A stretch of 63,749 nt of DNA, counting the filler, from Corallochytrium limacisporum Hawaii (Eukaryota; Protista; Pluriformea): assembly GCA_002811645.1 (NCBI GenBank). It is 7 parts of 7 records of this genome, joined end to end, with 100 filler letters (N's around TTAATTAATTAA, not from the genome) between each part and the next. Parts side by side here need not be neighbours in the genome. Positions count along the whole stretch, not along the records: positions 54,568 to 59,648 come from PDIP01000211.1; positions 59,749 to 60,828 come from PDIP01000239.1; positions 60,929 to 62,491 come from PDIP01000223.1; positions 62,592 to 63,749 come from PDIP01000232.1; 3 more parts are not named here. One strand, 5' to 3'. Under the pieces are notes generated by a model, which was not told where the DNA came from, did no database searches, and was given only the letters and a program-made list of their open reading frames with translations. Each line of letters opens with the position of its first letter. Within the stretch, counting starts at the first letter, position 1. Below, one piece after another: positions 54,761-63,749 of the stretch. Made by a program: the position numbers and the translations under genes.

Positions 54761-57700
54761 TTTTGATTGCTGGTTGACTAATACAGGAGAACTATGCTAA
54801 AGATGGATATTGAGTAACCCAAACTCGTGATCTCTGCGCATGCAAAAATGGCTTAAGACTAAGAATGGACGATCTTGTCGCTGTGACAGTCCTGCGTCCT
54901 TTAAGTACCCGGATCTCTCGCAAGGCTCACTGCCCAGCCTCGACCTCATCCCATGCCGATGAAGTTCTCACTCGTTACTTACATATTTAGAGTGATTGAA
55001 AATCAAAAGGATGTCAGTTGGTAAGGCATGCATTTGTTTGGAAGGACTGTCGTGTCCACAGGCCACGTTCCTGGCTGCGCATACAAGGAGATGCCCAGAC
55101 TTGGCAGGAGGGGAAAGGGGGGCAGTTGGGGTGGGTTGGAGGGGGGAATCCCGCCCAGGAACAGAGGCGAAAAGGAGAAATCAGTGAGAGAACTGCCGGG
55201 CGAGAGATCCAGAGATCCATAGAGACACCACCCATTCTCTTTACATGGCTATATATTCAATATGAAAAATTGTCTTCACGGGCAACGAGAAATATAAACC
55301 ACGGGTGGTGTGGGTCGATTTCCAAGGACGGCCGTTGCAGTGAGGCGTGACCATGGGATTTGCCGCAAGACTCTTTCGTCCATTTCGTTTGCCCTGGCAA
55401 ATCCAGGCACCGGATCTGCACGAAACTGCCCAAAGGCTGCGCCCAATTCCTGAAGCACCCGACTAATGAAATTTGAAAATTTCGGCCCGTCCGTAGAAAC
55501 AGACTGTGCCTTTGAAGGAACAGAACAGAAGCAAAAGTGGCCCGACACGAGAAACGGACAGTCAGCATGTATTGAACGTACTGTGATTTCTTGACCGGGA
55601 GAGAACAAAGAATTGTATCACCGCGCAGCCCAAAAAAAAAGAAAGTAGAAGAACCGGGCACATCCCCATACTTTCGGATAATAAGAAGCTCTTGGGTGGT
55701 TTGGGGGTGGTTAGGCAAAACGGGGGAACACTGCCAGCTGGCCACCGCAAAGTGAGGGACGCGAAAGGTGTCTGTCCCTCAACCGGAAACGACGGCACAA
55801 AAAGGAGGGGGGGTTCGGGGGGTGGACCGGGGGAGCAAAGGTCGGGGTGGCTTTTGGTTAGGGACCATTGAGTATGTATTTGGTATGTTTGTAACAGTGG
55901 CCCACGTTGACCATATTGGGCGGAGGCGTGAAGAGAGTGAGGGTGGTTTCGGGGGTCTCCAACCGACACTCCCGAAACTGCCTCCTGTGCCGAGAAGATA
56001 CACCAGCAAGCTTGCTCTGATGCAATGGGAATGGCTTGTCCTGAACAGCACTCAAGTATTTCTGGCATCCAGCTCTGCATGTACGAGCACTCTGTACCTG
56101 AGCATTGGCTCTGCATGTCTTGTTTTCAACGGTCAGCCTCTCCTGTGGGCGTATTGCTTCGTCAGTTTATGACGAAACCAAGAAGTCTATTCCTGCCACA
56201 TGTTTGAACTGTGCCAACGAATCTAGAGGTAGACATCTAGCAGGATGCCAGAAAGAAAATGGTTAACAAACGTATGGTCACACCCTGTGCTTGTAACTAT
56301 GCTTCTATTATTGTCATATCGACTGTCCCTCCGGAGCTTTCACTCCATGCCTGAACGTGTATCTTCTTGTTTACACCTTGTGGGTTCATGCACGTGTACA
56401 CTGAAGAGAATGCAAGGTTTCTCGCGCGTACTTCACACAGGAGTTGATGAAAACGTTCGGCTCTGTATGGGAAGTATTGAATAGGAGATAGGGTGTTAGG
56501 ATGGTCAGGCCATGCCTTTCGTACCCTACTGCGATCCTCCATCAGTATATTCAATCACGACTAAGAGCAACTGCAATACCTGCCAATCGGCGGTGGAAAG
56601 TGAACCCGCCACCCAAGGCACCAACCCCAGATTTCGGCATCTCGCTGTGACGTACACTCGAACCGGCAACAAAGTTTGTCACGTTTGCTGTGATAAGGCA
56701 CAGAATACAAATCCTCATCTGCGTATCGTAAAACCCACCTGTCGGCATCCAGGTGCACCTTGAGAATTAGAAAGTCAACTCGCGAACAGACAAGCGGATT
56801 TTACCATAGCCTTGAATTCAGGGGCTCGTGACTATAAAGAGAAATAAGGGGCGGTTCTTTGGCCACGTTTTAAAATGGGTTCAAATTTTGTGAGAGCTGA
56901 AACGACTTGGCCAAAAATAGCCAATCGCCTTAATCCTCAAACAGCAACTTTTGTAGCGGTGTTTCTTCGGCCGAACCCCGTTTGACGTTCTCCCCTATTC
57001 CGTGACAAAGAACTTTCGGTGCGCAGACGGCGGTGTCAACTATATTTTCGTACACAGTCACAGACTCTCATTTGTTCAAGTCCTGTTCCGCGGTTCCGCG
57101 TGGGTAGCTAACCGAAGAAGTGGAGAGAGAGAGAGAGAGAGAGTCGTTACTGGAAAATCAACTGGTAGGAGTGTTTCCTGCACAGCGCATACAGGTGCGC
57201 TGGTCAGGTTACGGCTGGTGAACATCCCAACGTTCTTGGCCCCGATATCCAGACGTTGGTAGAGATCGTCAACATCATCATTACCAATTCCCCGTTCATC
57301 AGACAATGGGTCAGTCCCGAATGTTTCGTGATCTGGATAATGCGTACATCAGCTTTGCTCTCACTCTAGCATAACCACTGCTGCTCTTGCGGCCAGCCCA
57401 TTTGAAGGCTGCACGGCACAGCGTACAAACAAAGGAAACATCAACAATCCCCCTGAATTCAGCGCAGGCTGGAAGTGGTAGGTCTTCGCTTGTGCGGTTT
57501 TACACGGCGCAGTCTCGCCCTTGGACGAGAAATCCTGCCTTGGTGAGGATTGGTCATGACCTATGACGTTTTCCTCTCCACCATCATCACGTCTGTTGAA
57601 GGGGACCTTCATGGCTATGCTCCAGGTCTCGCCAGGGCCAGCATTCTACAGCTATGGACGCACCCATCATTCAAGTTTTGAGATGCTGGCCAATCATAGA

Positions 57701-59440
57701 GCTGTCGATGGTTGTGTGTACATGTCCATGGCGGTTGGTGGACATTAGGAAGAGAACTTTATGCACAATCTTCACGGCTGGTCGGAAACATACATAGACA
57801 CCAGTAAACTGACACGCCTGAAACAACCACCCACACAATCCCGTTCGGACGGTCACCTAATGCGTTAAACAGCGAACACCCCGTACGCTACCCCTCTGCG
57901 GGGAGGATTCAAAAAGGTGAACTCCCCGCTTCTCGAAGGGGCCATCAGTTAGTTTAGGATGCCGATCATATGGAGTCAAGAATGTAGCAGGTCAGTTCAT
58001 GTTCATAGCATGAATTTGGGGCCCCATTACTCTCCGTGCGCACTTGTTCGATGTGTTTTTCGTTGCTTAGAAAATGAAACTGGGTCAAGGGGTCCCTGTA
58101 CATGCACATGTGTCCAGAAACGCATAACGCGCCCGGGGACACGGTGTGTGTCAGAGTGTGTGTCACGTAGCAGTGTTTCAAAATGTCAACTACATACACA
58201 CACACAGGACGTAGTTCTACGATGGATATTTGAGATCTGTGACCCGCTGATCCGTCCTACTTGTGTCACACTCACGCACACTGGGCATCCCCATTCACGG
58301 GCTTGGTGGACAGGCTATTCCGTCTTCTGGGGTTGGGAATCCGTGTACCGGAGAGCCTTCTCACTATTTTGGCATACGCAACAAGTGGGCATATAGTGAA
58401 TGTACCGGAAAACATTTTGAGTGCTTTCAATCAGAGAGAACCAGGTACGACTTCTTTTGGATTCTCGGCAGGCTCAATTTGGACCTTTCGTGCCTTCCGC
58501 CCCACACAGCCCCGGTTAGTTTTTTTAACTATTTTTTCCAGGCATGGAGAGCCCGAGCAATTTTTGCTAATTTACCCTAGAAAGTCTGGAGGGGCAAAAC
58601 GTTAGCAAAATGTAAAAAAGGGTAACAAAGACCAAACAAAAGGAGGGAAGACGTTAGAAGAAAGAGAAACGAATCGGTGGAGGGATTCTTAAAGTTGTGC
58701 GACGCGCCTGAAGCCATACGCACAACGGACCCCGCTTCTTTGCTTCGAAAATCGGCGCTCCCGCTTCGAACCGACCGAGCTTTTGGATGAACGCTGCCGC
58801 GAGGGGCCCTCATCCATCCTCGGCCCGCGCAGTGGGTGCTATTTCACCCAATGCTCCGGATACGGACTGTTGACCTTCCTGGTCCTTTGTTCCTCTGCCC
58901 CCTCGCATTCGCGTTTCCGAGCTCCTTCTCTCAGCAATCCACTTTCTCCCGGTAATTTAACCTTTTACGAATGACGAAGCGGTAATCACCCCCGAGGGGT
59001 TTCAAACGCCGAGGATACTCTCTGGAGGAAGAGGTTCCAGATGACTCGTTCTTAGTCTTCGGTACTGAATCGATGGGGATATATAATTTGTGACAATGGC
59101 CATACCCGTGCGCGCTCCGAACCACCTTCGGTCCTACAGCTGCCGCCCCCTCGGAAAGTGAAGGTGGAACCAACTGAATAACCTAACCCTTCATGTCCTA
59201 ATCCATTCAATGAAAATATTCAACGGTGAGGGTACCCGTTGAAAGGTAGCAGTGGTACCGGAAAATTGGGACTGGGAAGGGAGAAGGGGGGGGGGGAAGA
59301 TTTCGCGCGAAAATGAGCCGTAGTGAGAGACTTAGTGGGACACTGGCACAGTGCACAAAGGGGTGTGTCTTGAACGGCTAGGTGAAATGCTTTACTAAAA
59401 TGATCGGTTGGAATTGTTTTTGATAATGTGCTCTCACTGC

Positions 59441-59647
59441 TCACTGTTGAGCTTGCTTGACACAACCACACTTGTTGTTCAGCTTGTCGATTCCCTGGAC
59501 AGTGTTATGGGCCCAGTTGCGCATGGGGTACCAGGAAAGATCCTGCAGCCAGGAAGGCATCTTTTCCATATGGTGCTTGCGGCCGTGGTGCACACCGATG
59601 TGAACCAGCAGGATCACAACAATGGGAATCATGACGCCGGCAAAGAC
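59441..59647 (-). CDS. SLC34: C-terminus of a second SLC34/NaPi-II copy (rest in gap)
   Basis: VFAGVMIPIVVILLVHIGVHHGRKHHMEKMPSWLQDLSWYP..KCGC* resembles the NaPi-II last TM plus LP..LQ.W..LP and Cys-containing tail. Confidence 0.6.
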   Translation of the reverse strand, partial: VFAGVMIPIVVILLVHIGVHHGRKHHMEKMPSWLQDLSWYPMRNWAHNTVQGIDKLNNKCGCVKQAQQ

Positions 59648-61367
59648 CNNNNNNNNNNNNNNNNNNNNNNNNNNNNNNNNNNNNNNNNNNNNTTAATTAA
59701 TTAANNNNNNNNNNNNNNNNNNNNNNNNNNNNNNNNNNNNNNNNNNNNCCCCCTCCCCCCTTCTTCCCCTCCCTCAGAAACCGCCCCACCCTCCGGAGGG
59801 AGGGAGAGGGGGGGGATCACCCGCGGGTGGTTTTTTTTTTGGCTCTCCAGGACCCCTTTCCCCCCCTTCTCTCTCTCTCCCCCTCGCCTTTTCGGTTTCC
59901 TGGGACCGGTCAGGTCCTTACTTTAAGGTCCGTCCACTCGCTCCTGAAGCAGATACGAGAAACAACATCATAATAATAGTACATTATATATCTAGATAGT
60001 GAAACTTGGATACTGGTACCCTTTGTGATCACATAGTTTTCCTCGCGAATCTGGGCACCAGATCCGTTTGACAAAGGTTGCAAAGAAAAAAAATGGAAAG
60101 AAACGAAGAAAAGAAAAAAAATTGAACCCTGCTCTGTCAGCCAGTTACTGCTTGTTGTTCTTTTTTGTTTCAAAAAAAAACCCCCAGTGGTAGAAGATCC
60201 ACCCCTCTCTTCCTTTCTGTCGTTGGACGATAGCCATCTTTCACTACTTGGTTCACCCCGTAGGATTATCGCCCTTCCGACTGTTGAAGCAGATAACAAG
60301 CAGCACCCGGGAGGACATCCAGAGATCCAACAATACGTTCCAGTCAGAGATTGATATCCACTACATTCAGTATATGGTAAACCCTCGGCGTAGTTTTTTC
60401 TTCGCGTCGCTGCGTCATTTTGAGGTTCCAATGGCCTTTTTTTCTTCCCTTTTTCCAACTTGCTCCGCCCGCCACACTCCGCTTCCACAAACCGACCTAA
60501 AAAATCTTGCCTTTTTCAGTAAGCAGGGAAGCTGTGCAGTAGTACACTCACAGCTGCAAACAACAGGTCCCCCCGGGGGTGAGGGGGGGGGGCCCGGGGG
60601 TGGGCCGGCCCTCTTCACCAACGCACTTTGTACTTTTTGTGTTTACGCAAAGCTCCGGGCTTTCACAGATGCCAAGGAACGCAAGGGAACGACTGCAGTC
60701 TCTCTGTCTGTGCTGTTCCTCGGGACGAAGATTTTTTCGCAATTCTTGCCCTTGTGAATCCCGTTCGTTCCGAGTTTTTCCGACGCATTCTTTCTCACTC
60801 TCCCCCCCCCCCCTTCTTTCTCCATCACNNNNNNNNNNNNNNNNNNNNNNNNNNNNNNNNNNNNNNNNNNNNTTAATTAATTAANNNNNNNNNNNNNNNN
60901 NNNNNNNNNNNNNNNNNNNNNNNNNNNNGGGGGGTGTGCACCACCAAGGAAAAGGAGAGGGGAGCGCGGGCCATTGACGCCGGGCGGGCTCTCGCGAGAG
61001 AGAGTGGGGTCTGCTTGCCCGCGCACTAAGTGTGGGGGTGGGTGTCAGGCTCGCTCTCTCTCGCTCCCCGCCTGTTGAAGATCTCTTATGTGATCGAGTA
61101 ATACCTCCTCCTCCCCCTCCCGCGGGGGGGGCTCATCTCTTTCTTTTTCTCCTTCCATCTAAAGCCCCTTCGGTACTTTCATTTCCGGGATTTCTCTCTC
61201 TCTTTCCCCTCCGCCTCTCTTTCCCTCTCCCTTTCTTACCCTCCCCCTCTCTCTCTCTCGCTCATGTCATTTTGTTTTCTCCCGGGCCAATGCCCCTCCA
61301 CGCGTACCCCGGAGCGGTCTTTAAGGGATCGCGCTTAATTTGTTGCGTGACTCGATCAATCAAGCCC

Positions 61368-61423
61368 CCTCGTCCTCCTCGCGGGGTATCCAGCCTCGTC
61401 CTCCTCGCGGGGTATCCAGCCTC
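61368..61423. repeat. Perfect 26-bp tandem duplication (CCTCGTCCTCCTCGCGGGGTATCCAG)x2
   Basis: Directly visible. Confidence 0.9.
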
Positions 61424-62426
61424 CGTTTTGCCCCCTCCCCTCTGTTTCGCCTGTGTTGCTATATCTCTCCCCCCTTTCCTTCCCGCTCCCGGGTTTTTCC
61501 CAACCCCGGCCTCCCCTTTTTTTTTCCCTTCTTTCCCGTTCATTCCCGGTCTGTTTTCTTGGTTTTGTCCGTTGGTTTCCAGAGTAGCGGATATTGAACT
61601 ATAGAGAAGTTTCTGTTAAAAGTGCACCTTAGTCCGGAGAAGGGCACCCTCTTTCTGGTTCATTGCTTACCTTATCGACCATACTGAGTGGGGGATTGAT
61701 CATGCGAAGGTGGCACACACAGACGCACGGGCACACGGAGACATCTGGCCCCCAAGTGTCAGCCAATGTGGTGAGATGGGCCGTGCTTATACTAAATACA
61801 CTGACGTGACGAGGGAAACTGATCACAGAGTGTGAGAGAAATTCGGCCGGACCCGGGGAAGAAGCGCGCACTGGCGGTCGTCGTCAGAATCTAAAAAAGA
61901 CAAAGTTGGGCCAGTACCGTGGTAAGGACCACCACAGAACCACAAAGACAACCGACCCATCATCACCTGCACGATAAAACGAAAAGCAATTGGAACATGG
62001 CATAGACAAAACAGTGTTGATGCCTTGATAATGTATAATCCTTTCACAACATTGATAAAGATTTCCAAGTATATTAGATATTTGCATATGTATTTTGATG
62101 AGGAGTCTAATTTATCGCACCTGTCGTGAGGAAGAATGAGCACATGTACACCGGTCCCGTTTTGCCTCGGAATACGTTTTCTTGCGGACCTTTGGGCCCG
62201 GTCCCGCTGCCGGGCACGTTCGAGTGTGCATGCCCTTCCCCAGTAATTTCATCACCGTGCAGAGTTTTTCGTGATACTTAATGTATGTCCCGGCCCAGCC
62301 CTTTTATCTCTGGTAATTTTTGCCCTGGTCTCCCTATTTTTGTCATTTCTTTTCTTCCTTGGCTTGCGTCTCCTTCCTTCGGATGCGCGGCAAAGGGCAG
62401 GGCTAGCAGGGACAGAGAGAGAAAGA

Positions 62427-62491
62427 AGAGAAAGAGAAAGAGAAAGAGAAAGAGAAAGAGAAAGAGAAAGAGAAAGAGAAAGAGAAAGAGA
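62427..62491. repeat. (AGAGAA)n hexanucleotide microsatellite
   Basis: About 11 units running into the gap. Confidence 0.95.
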
Positions 62492-63749
62492 NNNNNNNNN
62501 NNNNNNNNNNNNNNNNNNNNNNNNNNNNNNNNNNNTTAATTAATTAANNNNNNNNNNNNNNNNNNNNNNNNNNNNNNNNNNNNNNNNNNNNCTGCAAGCC
62601 CCCGGTCCCCCCCTTTCGACCCCTCCGGTTTGCTCAGTTCCTTTTTCACACAGGTCCGCCGCCAAATTTCTCTCTCCTTCCGTGATCGTTTTCGGAATAG
62701 CGGTTTGCCTATCCCCTTGCATGTTTGTGCCTATTGCTGTCCTCTCTCTTTCACACAGTGTATTTGACCATCTGCACGTTCGTGTTGTCCGACTTGTGTG
62801 ACTACATGTGCTCATTATTTCTCTCCGTCCTTCTTTCTATTCTGCTGCGAAGCGCCCCCCTTTGCCCAGCCTTAGCTTGCGGGTGATGTGATTGTCAGGA
62901 CGACGGGGTGCAAACTTGGTAGGGGTCAGGAGTTCATGGGAGGCTGCAAAACGGGAAGTTCCCCATCTCTTTGTGACTCGATATTCTCCGTCTATGTCAC
63001 TGGTTTAAGTGGGCGTTTCATGGATTCTACTACATGTCAGCATCATAATTTTCATCCTAGTGAAATCAAGTGACTGGACTGACTAAAAAAATGGTTATGT
63101 TGAGCAGTTTAAGTGAACGCGTGTGTGAGTATTCGGTACTTGGTGCCACTTCCTGGCTGTCATGACCCTATACCGCTACCCCGAGATCTCAAGACCATTA
63201 CAGCGAAAGCATTGTTGGTGAAAGCTAACGGTCCAGGAAAACAAGCGTGCTCCCGACACACGCACGTACCCATGTGCCAAAACAAATTTCAATTCGTGTG
63301 GGTTCTTGAAATACCGACATTGACCACACCTAGTATGGCACCTCCTCATTCCAAGGTAACAATCACACGCAATGCCTGCACCCCCAAATGTCGAACAATA
63401 ATTGAGATAAGGCACAAAATAAAGTTCCGGAGTCAACTCCTACCGAAACACGGTGCTGAGTATTGAGTATGGAGGCTGTGTCGTACATGGTTCCTCTAGA
63501 CGCATCTTATCTGCTACTGTATTCTGCTGCCGTCATTCCCTCCGTTCTTGGGTGGCACCCCCGCTTTCCTGTTTCTCTTTCGTTTCTTTTCTTCATTCCT
63601 CATCGTCATCATGCGAGTACCAGAGCAGATAGTGTTTGTCCGTGTGCACTGTGTGAAGGAGATAAAGGACCGACACACACGGGCACTTTGGTTGATTGCA
63701 ATCTCTTGGCCAACCCTCCCCCACCCCCCTTTCTGGTTCCCCACACCCC

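Overview
Eukaryotic draft-assembly scaffold with intronless coding regions. The gene content (talin-head FERM, citron-like kinase, animal-type SLC34) suggests an intron-poor unicellular holozoan such as Corallochytrium; this is inference only. The window has two compartments. From 1 to 16 kb, conserved genes are densely packed: a rod-less talin-head-like FERM protein, kinesin-5, a short citron-like AGC kinase, SHQ1 and a membrane-anchored PhyH-like protein. From 16 to 64 kb the sequence is gene-sparse, repeat-rich and gapped. It holds three tandem IPNS/DIOX-family 2OG-Fe(II) oxygenases (one frameshifted), a PPxY membrane adaptor, a coiled-coil protein, a MARVEL-like protein and two gap-truncated tandem SLC34 phosphate transporters. 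It also holds an ~18 kb cluster of secreted precursors: a duplicated knottin-like Cys-rich protein, a candidate ETX/MTX2 (aerolysin-like) pore-forming protein, a multi-copy 8-Cys peptide precursor with a decayed paralogue, and a kexin-site repeat precursor. That candidate secreted toxin/effector island is the most novel-looking system. All family assignments come from motif recognition by eye and remembered reference sequences, not database searches. Six 100-nt gaps carry an artificial TTAATTAATTAA linker, so adjacency across them is not guaranteed.
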